From Vulcanimicrobiota bacterium (GTDB lineage: Bacteria; Vulcanimicrobiota; Vulcanimicrobiia; Vulcanimicrobiales; Vulcanimicrobiaceae): a stretch of DNA of 64,000 nucleotides. How positions within the stretch are numbered: position 1 is the stretch's first letter; every line of letters starts with the position of its first letter. The stretch covers positions 96,001 to 160,000 of the forward strand of contig CAVTCS010000005.1 in assembly GCA_963733295.1 (NCBI GenBank). Direction: 5' to 3'. The notes below the pieces were generated by a model. It was not told the DNA's origin and did no database searches. It was given only the letters and a program-made list of their open reading frames with translations. Below, in pieces: positions 39,424 to 48,794 of the stretch. The position numbers and the translations under genes were made by a program.

Positions 39424-40916
39424 CTCACTACTGCCGCAACGCGGCCGTTATGATCGGAATGTTCTGACCGATTGGCGAGCGCGAGAACCGCTTGGGCACC
39501 GGCCGCGACCTGCGAGGCAACGCGCCCATCGGCATCGAGGAGCAGGCCCATCGGCGTCCCATGCGCGCCGAAGGCATTCGCCGCGCGGAGTTCGGTCTCG
39601 AGAAGGATCGAGGCGCGCAAGCCGAGTGCTCGATGGTCGTCCCCGCTACCGCTCGAGATCAGGACCAGTCGCGGCGCATCAAGCGGAGCTGCGCTTTCCC
39701 ACGCGCGCAGAGCGGGCAGCATTTGTTCGCAAAAGCCGCAGCGGAGGTTCCAGAATACGAGCAACGTGTCCTGACCGCGCAGCTCGGAAAGGGCCACGTC
39801 TTCGCCGGCGAGCGTCTTGAAGGCCAGCTCCGGCGCGGGCTCGCCGATGCGGAGCGACGACGCTAACGTCGGTGAGAGCGGCAGTCGACCGGTGCGAACG
39901 GCATCGACGAGTCCGCGAATTTCTTGGGCACCCTGCGCGAGCGGAACTGCGATGCGACCGTCCGCTGATATGACGACAGCAGCCGGCGTCCCGTGCGCTT
40001 CGTACTGTTCTGCGACTTCCCGCCCAGTTTGCAGCAGAACGCGTTCGACGCCGTGCACGGAAATTTTGGCTCGATTGGCGCTCGCCGATCCCTCGCTGAC
40101 GATCGCAACCGTGAGCGTTCCAGCAAGATCGCGCTGCCAGCTTGCAACCTCCGGGAACAAAGCTTGACACGGCCCGCAGTCGGGATTCGAGAAGACGAGC
40201 AACGCCGGCTTTTCGTTCATCAGCAAGCCGGCGAGCGTCGCCGAACCTCCTCCGACTTGCGACAAGGTGAACTCGGGCGCAGGCGTGCCGAGCGGCAGAC
40301 CGGCGGGCGGAGTCGCGGGAAACTCGGGCGGACCGCCCTGGAGTCGCTGCTCGAGGCCGTCGAAGCGTAGCAGCATGCGGCCTTGTTGCCGAACAACCTG
40401 CACGAGCAACGCCACGATCGCCGCAAGCAGCGCGAGGTTCGCGAAACCCAACCCGATCCACAAGCGCTGTTCGGTCGAGAGCCGAGAAAGAATCCCGAGG
40501 AGCGATCCGAAACCGGCCCCGCGCGGATGCAACGCGACGAAAAAGGCCAGGCCTCCGAGGATGACGTTGCGCGCGACATCCGGCCAGCCGATCTCTTTCG
40601 CCGAGAGTGCGCCGAAACAGCGGCAGCGCGGCCGTTTCCCGCGAAGCAGTTGGCTCGCCAGCGCAACGGTGAAGAGCGCCAACAGCGCCGCCGCCGCGAG
40701 TGCCGCCCAAGAGGCTGTGGCGCGCGGGATCAGCGCCGCGGCGATGGCGTACTCAGCGCCGATCAGGAGGACGGAGCTGGGAGCGCTGATGCGAGAAGGG
40801 ACGCCGAAGTCCGTGAGGCTTTCGACGGTGGACGTCCAGCTCAGCAGCTTCGCGGTGGCGGAGCTCGCGAACACGACGAGCAGGAGCACGATCGAGATCA
40901 GGACGAGGAAGTCCAC
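39420..40916 (-). CDS. MauE/DoxX membrane domain fused to two thioredoxin/TlpA-like (MauD-like) domains
   Basis: TM domain with RCRCFG and RN, QQGRMLLR linker, APEF...NPDCGPC...GTP, APEL...NLRCGFC...GTP; GTG 40916 after GGAGG. Confidence 0.88.
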   Translation of the reverse strand: MDFLVLISIVLLLVVFASSATAKLLSWTSTVESLTDFGVPSRISAPSSVLLIGAEYAIAAALIPRATASWAALAAAALLALFTVALASQLLRGKRPRCRCFGALSAKEIGWPDVARNVILGGLAFFVALHPRGAGFGSLLGILSRLSTEQRLWIGLGFANLALLAAIVALLVQVVRQQGRMLLRFDGLEQRLQGGPPEFPATPPAGLPLGTPAPEFTLSQVGGGSATLAGLLMNEKPALLVFSNPDCGPCQALFPEVASWQRDLAGTLTVAIVSEGSASANRAKISVHGVERVLLQTGREVAEQYEAHGTPAAVVISADGRIAVPLAQGAQEIRGLVDAVRTGRLPLSPTLASSLRIGEPAPELAFKTLAGEDVALSELRGQDTLLVFWNLRCGFCEQMLPALRAWESAAPLDAPRLVLISSGSGDDHRALGLRASILLETELRAANAFGAHGTPMGLLLDADGRVASQVAAGAQAVLALANRSEHSDHNGRVAAVVS

Positions 40917-41036
40917 GCTCAGACACCTCCAGCCCAACGAACGGCAAGGCCGCGCTACGACTCAAGGCGAGCGGCCCCGAGGCGTTATCCATCAGTCTAG
41001 CCGCCCGATCCTACCGTACAAGCGAGCGCGCCGGCG

Positions 41037-41987
41037 CTAAGCCATCTGGGCGATGATTTCCCCCGCGAGCTCGTAGGGGTCGCGCGCGCGCTGCGCGGCC
41101 GATTCGAGCAAACTGTCGATGCGCGCCTCGACGTCTTGCTCGACCCGCCCGATCACCAGGGCGCGGACGCGGTGGGCCAGGGCGCCGCGACGCCGCGCGG
41201 CGAGCTCGCCGCTTTCGCGCAGGTAGGCGTCGTGGCGGAGGATCGCGTCCCACAACTCGACGACTCCGGTTCCGTCGGAAGCTTGCGTCGAAATCAGCTC
41301 GGGAACCCAGCCGCCGCCCGACTCGACCATCTCGAGCATCGCGCGAATCTCGCGCCGCAGCTGCAAGGCCATCGGGTGGTCGGATTTGTTAACGACGAAG
41401 ATATCGGCGACTTCCAAGATGCCGGCCTTGAGCAACTGCACCGAGTCGCCGCTGCCGGGTTGCAGCACGAGGACCGTCGTGTCGGCGAGCTCGGCAATCT
41501 CGACTTCCGACTGACCGACACCGACCGTCTCGATCACGACGAGACCTTTGCCGAACGCGTCCATGAATGCGATGGCGTCACCGGTCGCCCCAGCCAAGCC
41601 GCCGAGATGCCCGCGACTCGCCATCGAACGAATGAAGACGTCGGGATCGGTGAAATGCTCGGTCAAGCGAATTCTGTCACCGAGGATCGCACCGTGCGAG
41701 AATGGCGAACTCGGGTCGACCGAAATGACACCGACCGTTTTGGCCGCTGCGCGCGCGACGGTTACGAGCGCCGAGCAGAGCGTCGATTTTCCGACGCCGG
41801 GCGGTCCGGTCAGCCCCACGGTCAGCGCACTCCCGGTGCGTTCGAAGAGCGCATGCATGAGCTTCGCTCCTTGTCCGCCCTCGGCGCGCGAAATCGCGCG
41901 CGCTAAACCGCGGGGCAGACCAGCCTCGAACTGGGCCAGGATGAGCGGATCCGGGTCGGGCCTGCTCGTCGGCGGAGCGTCGCTCAA
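41037..41987 (-). CDS. meaB: MeaB/ArgK-family GTPase, chaperone of B12-dependent mutases
   Basis: GPPGVGKST, VDPSSPF..GAILGDRIR, RG.LGGL, ETVGVGQSE, NKSD; TTG 41987. Confidence 0.93.
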   Translation of the reverse strand: MSDAPPTSRPDPDPLILAQFEAGLPRGLARAISRAEGGQGAKLMHALFERTGSALTVGLTGPPGVGKSTLCSALVTVARAAAKTVGVISVDPSSPFSHGAILGDRIRLTEHFTDPDVFIRSMASRGHLGGLAGATGDAIAFMDAFGKGLVVIETVGVGQSEVEIAELADTTVLVLQPGSGDSVQLLKAGILEVADIFVVNKSDHPMALQLRREIRAMLEMVESGGGWVPELISTQASDGTGVVELWDAILRHDAYLRESGELAARRRGALAHRVRALVIGRVEQDVEARIDSLLESAAQRARDPYELAGEIIAQMA

Positions 41988-42322
41988 CGCGTTTTGCGCT
42001 CGGCGACGCGTCGCCGCTCGCCGAGCGCACGAACCACCCCGTGCAGCGCGAGCACGGCGAACCAGCTCGCGACGAGCGCGCCGACGCCGCAACCCACGAA
42101 CCAGCCCAGCGCTGCCGCGCCGCGGCCGAGGGCAGCCGCGGTCAGCAACCAGAACAGCAAGGCGCAGAACGCGCTGCCGGTCGCGACGAAGGACAAGCGC
42201 AAGATTTCTGAGAGTACCGCCAGACTTTCGCGCTCGGGGGCTTCGTTGCGAATATACTCGACGTAGCGCCCGCGGTACGCGAAATACTTGTTTAGGAAGT
42301 GTTCCGAGAAGCCGCCCTTCAC
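41984..42322 (-). CDS. Small hypothetical membrane protein (2 TM)
   Basis: GTG 42322, two hydrophobic segments, stop overlapping the meaB start (TTGA). Confidence 0.6.
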   Translation of the reverse strand: MKGGFSEHFLNKYFAYRGRYVEYIRNEAPERESLAVLSEILRLSFVATGSAFCALLFWLLTAAALGRGAAALGWFVGCGVGALVASWFAVLALHGVVRALGERRRVAERKTR

Positions 42323-42373
42323 GGATCCCGGATTCGGGCGGAACGCACGCGGGTTCCCGCCAATCGCTCCTGG

Positions 42374-45300
42374 ATGAGCCAACTCGGATACTGCCGTTAT
42401 GCAACGATCGCCGCACAGACGATCGTCTTTGTCTGCGAGGACGACCTTTGGACCGTGCCGCGAGCGGGCGGCGTCGCGCGCCGCTTGACCGCGAGCAGCG
42501 GCGAAGTGTCGACTCCACGGCTCTCGCCCGACGGTTCGCTCGTCGCATTCATCAGCCGCGACGAGGGCAACCCGGAGGTTTACGTGATGCCGTCCGCCGG
42601 CGGCGTCCCGCGACGGCTCACGTTCCTCGGCAGCGACACGTGTTCGGTCAGCGGTTGGTCGCCGGACGGCCGGAGCATTCTCTTTGCCTCCGATGCCGGC
42701 TGGCCGTTCGTGAAGGAAACGCGCGGCTTTCGAGTGTCGAAGGACGGGGGCGCGCCGGAACCGCTCGAGATCGGGCATTTGCGTACCCTCTCGCAACATC
42801 CCGACGGCCGCTTCGTGCTGGGGCGCAACAGCGACGACCCCGCCCGCTGGAAGCGCTATAAAGGAGGAACGGCGGGCGATCTGTGGGTCGATCGGGACGG
42901 AAGCGGTACGTTCGCGCGCCTGATCACGCTCAACGGCAATCCGTGCTGGCCGATGTGGATCGGAGAGCGCATTGCGTTTCTGTCCGATCACGAAGGGATC
43001 GGAAACATCTACTCGGTGTTGCCGGACGGCTCGGATTTGCGGCGCCACACCAACGAAACGGAGTACTTCGCGCGCTTCCCCTCGAGCGACGGTTCGTCGA
43101 TCGTCTACACCGCCGGCGCGCAGATCTGCTTGCTCGATCCTGCGACCGGCAGCGTAACGCGCATCGAAGTCGATGCCGCTTCGCCCGCACCGCAGACGGC
43201 TCGCCGCTTCGTGGAAGTCGGCGAAGGACTCGAACACTTCGCGCTCAGTCCGGACGGAACGGCATTGGCGCTGGTCTCGCGCGGCCGTGCTTTCACGATG
43301 CCGCTTTGGGAAGAAGCCGTCACCGCACACGGTGCCGGCAGCCGCGTTCGTTACCGTTCGCCGGAATGGCTGCACGACGGGCGCCGCTTCGTCTGCGTGA
43401 GCGACGAGAAGGGCCTCGAGCGCCTCGAGATTCACTCCGCGACGGGTGACGAAGCGGTGCAGATCGCAACCGAAGACGACATCGGCCGCGTTACCGAACT
43501 CGCCGCTTCTCCGACCGCCGACGTCGTGGCCGTCGCGAACCACCGTCACGAACTGCTGCTCGTCGATCTCGAAGAGAAGCGTGTCCGCTCGATCGATTCC
43601 GGCACCGCTTCGCGCGTGCACGATCTGGCTTTCTCGCCCGACGGACGCTGGCTGGCATACTGCTGCGCGCCGCCTGCCGGCTCCGGCGGCGCGGCAAACC
43701 CCGACACCTCCATCCTGCGCATCGCGAAGGTCAAATCGGGGGCGGTTCACGACGTCACGCCGCTTCTGCGCGTCGACCGGTCGCCCGCGTGGGATCCCGA
43801 AGGCAAGTATCTCTATTTCATTTCGACGCGCGATTTCAATCCGGTGTACGACGCGCTGCAGTTCGATCTCAGCTTCCCGCAAGCGTCGAGGCCTTTCGTC
43901 GTCACGTTGCGTGCCGACGTTCCCTCGCCGTTCGTTCCGAAACCCGCGCCGCTCCACCGCGACAAGCACCGCGACGACGACGATTACCGGCGCGAGAACC
44001 CGAAGCCCGTGCGCGTCGACATCGATTTTGACGGAATCGGCGGACGCATTCTCGGTTTTCCCGTTGAGGAGGGCCAGTACGGTCAGATCGTCGCGGCCAA
44101 GGGCCGCGTGCTGTTCACGCAGTTTCCGTTGCACGGCATCAAACCGCAGGGCAGTAGTTGGGACGACGAAGACGAGGTCGGCACGCTGGTCGCGTACGAC
44201 TTCGAGCAGCAACGTACCGCCACCGTCGCGCACGAGGTGAGCGAGATCCGGATGGGCAGCGATCACCGCACGCTCGTCTACACCTCGCACGAAAAGATGC
44301 GCGCCATCGAGGCGAATCTCGACTTGCCCGAAAACGGCGAGGACGAGAACAAGTCGAATCAAGAACAGCCCGGCCGTCGCACCGGTTGGCTCGACCTCTC
44401 GCGCGCCAGCGTCTTGGTCGAACCCCGCGAGGAGTGGGCGCAGATGTACGACGAGGCTTGGCGCGTCGAAGCCGAGCAATTCTGGGATCCGTCGATGTCG
44501 GGCGTCGATTGGAACCTCGTGCACGAACGCTACGCGAAGTTGCTGCCGCTCGTGCGCACGCGCGCCGAACTCTCCGACGTCATCTGGGAGATGTTCGGAG
44601 AACTCGGCACCTCGCACGCGTACGAAATCGGCGGCGATCACCGCCGCCCGCCGCAGTACCGGCGCGGTTTCCTCGGCGCCGATCTCAGCTGGGACGAAAG
44701 CGCCGGCGGTTATCGCATCCGGCACATGTATCGCGGCGACTCTTGGAACCGCGAGATCGACTCACCGCTAGCCGAACCGGGACTCGACGTCCGCGAAGGC
44801 GACGTCATCACCGCGATCGGCGGCCGCGCGCTAAGCAAGACGCTCTCGCCCGACGAGTTGCTCGTGGACACGGCGGGACGCGACGTTGCGGTGACGATCG
44901 GCGGCAAGAAGGAGCGGCGCCGCATCATCGTGCACGCGTTGCGCGACGAACGCATGCTGCGCTATCGCGCTTGGGTCGAGGCGAACCGGAAGTACGTTCA
45001 CGAGCAGACCGGCAACCGCGTCGGATACCTGCACATCCCCGACATGGGCCCGTGGGGGTTCTCGGAGTTCCATCGCGGTTTTCTCTCCGAGTTCAATCGC
45101 GAAGGCCTAATCGTCGACGTGCGCTACAATCGGGGCGGTCACGTTTCGCCGCTGCTGCTCGAAAAGCTCGTGCGCAAACGCATCGGCTACGACGTCTCCC
45201 GGTTCGGACCACCGCTGCCTTACCCGCCCGAATCCGTTGCCGGACCGATGGTCGCGCTCACCAACCAGTTTGCGGGCTCCGACGGCGACATCTTTAGCCA

Positions 45301-45646
45301 TGCCTTTAAGCTCTACAAGCTCGGGCCGCTGGTCGGAAAGCGCACGTGGGGCGGAGTGATCGGGATCAACCCGTACCACCGGCTCGTCGACGGTACCGTT
45401 ACGACCGTCCCCGAATACTCCATGTGGTTCGTCGACGTCGGCTGGAGGGTCGAGAACTACGGGACCGACCCCGACTACGACATCGACATCGCGCCGCAGG
45501 ACGAGCGCGCCGGCCTCGACCCCCAAATGCAAAAGGCCCTGGAGCTGATCGCGCAGGCGCGCGCCTCGGCGACAAACGGGAAGCCCCACTTCGACGCGCG
45601 CCCCAGCCTCGCGCTGCCCGACACCCTGGTAAGCGCAAAGAACTGA
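42374..45646 (+). CDS. Tricorn protease (S41 family)
   Basis: PD40 propeller repeats, WKRYKGG, TSHAY, PDZ, GYLHIPDM, AGSDGDIF, GKRTWGG. Confidence 0.95.
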   Translation: MSQLGYCRYATIAAQTIVFVCEDDLWTVPRAGGVARRLTASSGEVSTPRLSPDGSLVAFISRDEGNPEVYVMPSAGGVPRRLTFLGSDTCSVSGWSPDGRSILFASDAGWPFVKETRGFRVSKDGGAPEPLEIGHLRTLSQHPDGRFVLGRNSDDPARWKRYKGGTAGDLWVDRDGSGTFARLITLNGNPCWPMWIGERIAFLSDHEGIGNIYSVLPDGSDLRRHTNETEYFARFPSSDGSSIVYTAGAQICLLDPATGSVTRIEVDAASPAPQTARRFVEVGEGLEHFALSPDGTALALVSRGRAFTMPLWEEAVTAHGAGSRVRYRSPEWLHDGRRFVCVSDEKGLERLEIHSATGDEAVQIATEDDIGRVTELAASPTADVVAVANHRHELLLVDLEEKRVRSIDSGTASRVHDLAFSPDGRWLAYCCAPPAGSGGAANPDTSILRIAKVKSGAVHDVTPLLRVDRSPAWDPEGKYLYFISTRDFNPVYDALQFDLSFPQASRPFVVTLRADVPSPFVPKPAPLHRDKHRDDDDYRRENPKPVRVDIDFDGIGGRILGFPVEEGQYGQIVAAKGRVLFTQFPLHGIKPQGSSWDDEDEVGTLVAYDFEQQRTATVAHEVSEIRMGSDHRTLVYTSHEKMRAIEANLDLPENGEDENKSNQEQPGRRTGWLDLSRASVLVEPREEWAQMYDEAWRVEAEQFWDPSMSGVDWNLVHERYAKLLPLVRTRAELSDVIWEMFGELGTSHAYEIGGDHRRPPQYRRGFLGADLSWDESAGGYRIRHMYRGDSWNREIDSPLAEPGLDVREGDVITAIGGRALSKTLSPDELLVDTAGRDVAVTIGGKKERRRIIVHALRDERMLRYRAWVEANRKYVHEQTGNRVGYLHIPDMGPWGFSEFHRGFLSEFNREGLIVDVRYNRGGHVSPLLLEKLVRKRIGYDVSRFGPPLPYPPESVAGPMVALTNQFAGSDGDIFSHAFKLYKLGPLVGKRTWGGVIGINPYHRLVDGTVTTVPEYSMWFVDVGWRVENYGTDPDYDIDIAPQDERAGLDPQMQKALELIAQARASATNGKPHFDARPSLALPDTLVSAKN

Positions 45647-45677
45647 ATCCCTTCGGCGCGAAACCGATAGAACGAGC

Positions 45678-47207
45678 ATGCTCGCTCTATCGCTGTTCGC
45701 GCTGTTAGCGACCGGTCCGGTCCACGTTTCTGCGGTGCCTAGTGCTGCGGATCTCACTTCACGCGTCGAGGCTGCCCGCAAGACACGCCGTCCGCACAGC
45801 GAGACCGAAGACTGGACCTTGACGGTCGAAGGGTTGAGCGGGCACATCCACGCGGCTCGGCGAGGCGACGACGACGTCCAGGTCACCGTCTTGGGTCCGT
45901 TCACGACGTCGAGCGGCAGGGTCGGCGGCAAGTCGTGGCACCAAAACGAGAACGGCTACACGATTGTGACCGGGAGCGCACCCGAGGAGCGCGTCGCATC
46001 CTCATCACCTGTCGTCAGCCGTACCGTGAGGCGGGTAAGGTCGCCCGTCGACGCCTACCTCATGGAAACGCGACGGATCAACGGCGTCGTCGAGCGCGCC
46101 TACTACGCGCCGAGCGACTACCTGCTCTTGCGCATGGAATATGAGTTCAAGGGACAGACCAACCACATCGACTACACGGACATCCGGCGCGATACGTACG
46201 GCCGCCGCGCCTGGCGGATCGAGGGCAGCTTCGCGAAAGGCTCCAACAAGAGCGACGAGCGGCTGATAAGGGTCAACGAAAATCCGCAGCTCGACGATGC
46301 GGCCTTCGCGATCCCGCCGAGCCGCGGCACGTTCGTCGAGTTTCCGCCGGGCGTCGATACCGTGCGCATCTCGAATTCCGTCGACACGCACATCTACACG
46401 ACCGTCAATATCAACGGACACGACCTGACGTTCATCCTCGATTCGGGCGCTTCGGGAATCTTCATCGACACGCAGGCTGCGAAGGAACTCGGCTTGCCGC
46501 TCTACGGCAGAGCGACGATGTCGGTTGCCGGCACGTTCCAACGTTCTCGCACGATCGCGCCGGTCGTTCAGGTCGGCGATTTAACGATGCACAACGTGGC
46601 GATGTATACAGGTCCGTTGGATTGGCAAGAGGGCTCGAAGCGTATAAGCGGTTTACTCGGCTACGACTTCATCGCAGGCGCGGCGATTCGGGTCGACTAC
46701 CAGCACCAAACGGTCGACGCTTCGCGGCCAAGCGCGTTCACGCCGCCGGAACTCGCGACCGCGCAGATGCCGATTCGCCTCGACGAGCAAGTCCCCGTCG
46801 TCAGCGTGGGTGTCGGAAACTCGCAAAGCACTTCGATGATCGTCGACACCGGTGCGGGCTCGGTGCCCGTCATCTTTTTCGATAACTTCGTAAAAGCGCA
46901 TCCGGGCGCGATCAAGGATGAGGGACTCGGAACCGGCTACGATCCCGATATCGCCTACGTCGGCGGCGTCGGCGGCTACGTCCACATCGTGCCGCTGCGT
47001 CTCTCGAGCTTCCGCTTCGCAGGCCTCGAGTTCAAACATTTCATCGTGATCCGCGCCGAGCAGGGCGGTGCCTTCGGCACGTTCAGCGACGACGGTCTCC
47101 TCGGACCGCAGTTCTTGCGTTACTTCACCGTCTACCTCGATTACCCGGATCAGCGCATCTATTTCGAACCGAACGAAAACTACACGGAGTCGACGAATCA
47201 CCGGTAG
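45678..47207 (+). CDS. Secreted aspartyl protease with two retropepsin-like domains (paralog 1)
   Basis: Signal peptide, FILDSGAS...GLLG, IVDTGAG...DGLLG. Confidence 0.88.
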   Translation: MLALSLFALLATGPVHVSAVPSAADLTSRVEAARKTRRPHSETEDWTLTVEGLSGHIHAARRGDDDVQVTVLGPFTTSSGRVGGKSWHQNENGYTIVTGSAPEERVASSSPVVSRTVRRVRSPVDAYLMETRRINGVVERAYYAPSDYLLLRMEYEFKGQTNHIDYTDIRRDTYGRRAWRIEGSFAKGSNKSDERLIRVNENPQLDDAAFAIPPSRGTFVEFPPGVDTVRISNSVDTHIYTTVNINGHDLTFILDSGASGIFIDTQAAKELGLPLYGRATMSVAGTFQRSRTIAPVVQVGDLTMHNVAMYTGPLDWQEGSKRISGLLGYDFIAGAAIRVDYQHQTVDASRPSAFTPPELATAQMPIRLDEQVPVVSVGVGNSQSTSMIVDTGAGSVPVIFFDNFVKAHPGAIKDEGLGTGYDPDIAYVGGVGGYVHIVPLRLSSFRFAGLEFKHFIVIRAEQGGAFGTFSDDGLLGPQFLRYFTVYLDYPDQRIYFEPNENYTESTNHR

Positions 47208-47210
47208 GCG

Positions 47211-48794
47211 ATGCTGATCTGGCTGGCTGCGACGCTCGCCGCCACGCTTGCGGCGACGCCGGCTCCGTCGGCCGCGCCCCAAACGTCCTCTGGGGCCGCC
47301 TCACCACAAGCCTCCGCCTCTCCCAAAGCAACGCCGTCATTTCCGACGCCGCCACCGGTCGACGGCTTGACGGCGGACGCCATCGTGGCGAAGTGGCGCG
47401 CCGCCAGCGGAGACGACAAGAAGGTCTCTAGCGAGATCTCGGTTTGGAAGATTCACGAAAGCGGGCTAGACGGCACGGCTCGCACCGTGGAGCGCGGCGA
47501 CGATTTCTTCGAAACGAGGCAACTCGGCAGCTCGACGAACGCTTGGGGCTCGTACCGCGGCAAATCTTGGTACCAAAACGCGAACGGTCAGGTCATCGTC
47601 GAGGAAGACCTCCCGGAGGACGCCGACGTGCGCACAAGCTCCCAACACTTGCGCCATGTCACCAATCCGGTCGATGCGTACGTCGTCGAGACCGTCAGCT
47701 CGGACGGCACCTCGCACCGGCGGTACTACGACGCCAAATCGTTTCTCTTGGTGCGCAAGGAGACGACGGATCGTCTCACCACCTCTTTCACGGTGTTCGA
47801 CGACTTCACCAGCGATGCGGCGGGGCGCACTTTTGCCCGTCACGCCTACGGCAAAGACGAGCGGCCGGACAGCGATTGGGACGAGCATCTCGTTTCCGAC
47901 GAAATCGGCGCCAAGGTCGGCGATTCCGAACTTGCGATTCCGCACGACCGTCGCGTCCTCGTCGAGTTCCCCGTGGGCCAGTCCACGGTTCGGCTTCCCG
48001 CGCGAATCATCAAGGGCCTCATCACCGTTCGCGTGACCATCAACGGGCGCGGGCTCGACTTCCTGCTCGATAGTGGGGCGAGTTCGCTGCTCGTCGACGC
48101 TCGCAGTGCAAGAGAACTCGGTTTGCAGGTTGAGGGGCAACGGACCACGTCGATCAACGGGGCACTTGCCAGCAGCGATGCGCGGATTCCGGAAATGCAC
48201 ATCGGTGACCTTACGCTGCACGACGTGGCCGTGCGGGTCGCGCCCACTGCCTTCAACGCCGATTGGAACACGAAGGCCGTCGGCTTGCTTGGCTTCGACT
48301 TCTTCCACGACGTCGTGCTGACCATCGACTACAAGAATGGCACCGTCGACGCGACTGCGCCGAAGGCGTTCAAGCCGGACCCCGCGGCAACCGAACTCGC
48401 CGTCCGCATGAACGACGGCACTCCGGAAATCGCTCTCCTCGTCGGAAGCGAGCGCGGCGACCGCTTTGTCCTCGATACCGGCGCACAGGAGACGACGGTC
48501 ACGATCTTCCAGCACTTCGCGCGCTTACACCCAAAAGCGGTCTCACTCAAGAACGAGCACGGCAACCCGATGCTCGAGAGCATGCTTCAGGGTATCGTCG
48601 TCAGCAGGCAGGTCGTGCTGCCGAGCGTCAGCCTCGGGCCTTGGACCTTTCGAGCTCGCGCCCAGCTAATGCAGTCGCCGGTCGCTCTCGACTCCCAGGA
48701 CGGTCTGATCGGATCCGATCTGCTGCAGATCTTCCGCGTGACGCTCGACGAGTCGCACGGCACGGTCTACCTGATGCCGGTCGTCCCGCTCTAG
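47211..48794 (+). CDS. Secreted aspartyl protease with two retropepsin-like domains (paralog 2)
   Basis: Signal peptide, FLLDSGAS...GLLG, VLDTGAQ...DGLIG. Confidence 0.88.
   Translation: MLIWLAATLAATLAATPAPSAAPQTSSGAASPQASASPKATPSFPTPPPVDGLTADAIVAKWRAASGDDKKVSSEISVWKIHESGLDGTARTVERGDDFFETRQLGSSTNAWGSYRGKSWYQNANGQVIVEEDLPEDADVRTSSQHLRHVTNPVDAYVVETVSSDGTSHRRYYDAKSFLLVRKETTDRLTTSFTVFDDFTSDAAGRTFARHAYGKDERPDSDWDEHLVSDEIGAKVGDSELAIPHDRRVLVEFPVGQSTVRLPARIIKGLITVRVTINGRGLDFLLDSGASSLLVDARSARELGLQVEGQRTTSINGALASSDARIPEMHIGDLTLHDVAVRVAPTAFNADWNTKAVGLLGFDFFHDVVLTIDYKNGTVDATAPKAFKPDPAATELAVRMNDGTPEIALLVGSERGDRFVLDTGAQETTVTIFQHFARLHPKAVSLKNEHGNPMLESMLQGIVVSRQVVLPSVSLGPWTFRARAQLMQSPVALDSQDGLIGSDLLQIFRVTLDESHGTVYLMPVVPL

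Noticed and set aside
37489..40916. Methylamine dehydrogenase cluster or RiPP cluster
   Set aside because: No mauA/B/G, and the substrate is far larger than MauA; no radical SAM, YcaO, lanthipeptide enzyme or peptidase transporter nearby.
42323..44725. 913-aa minus-strand ORF (and similar long antisense ORFs, e.g. 7603-9885)
   Set aside because: High-GC shadow frames of tricorn and RND; only the last 112 codons look like a real gene.
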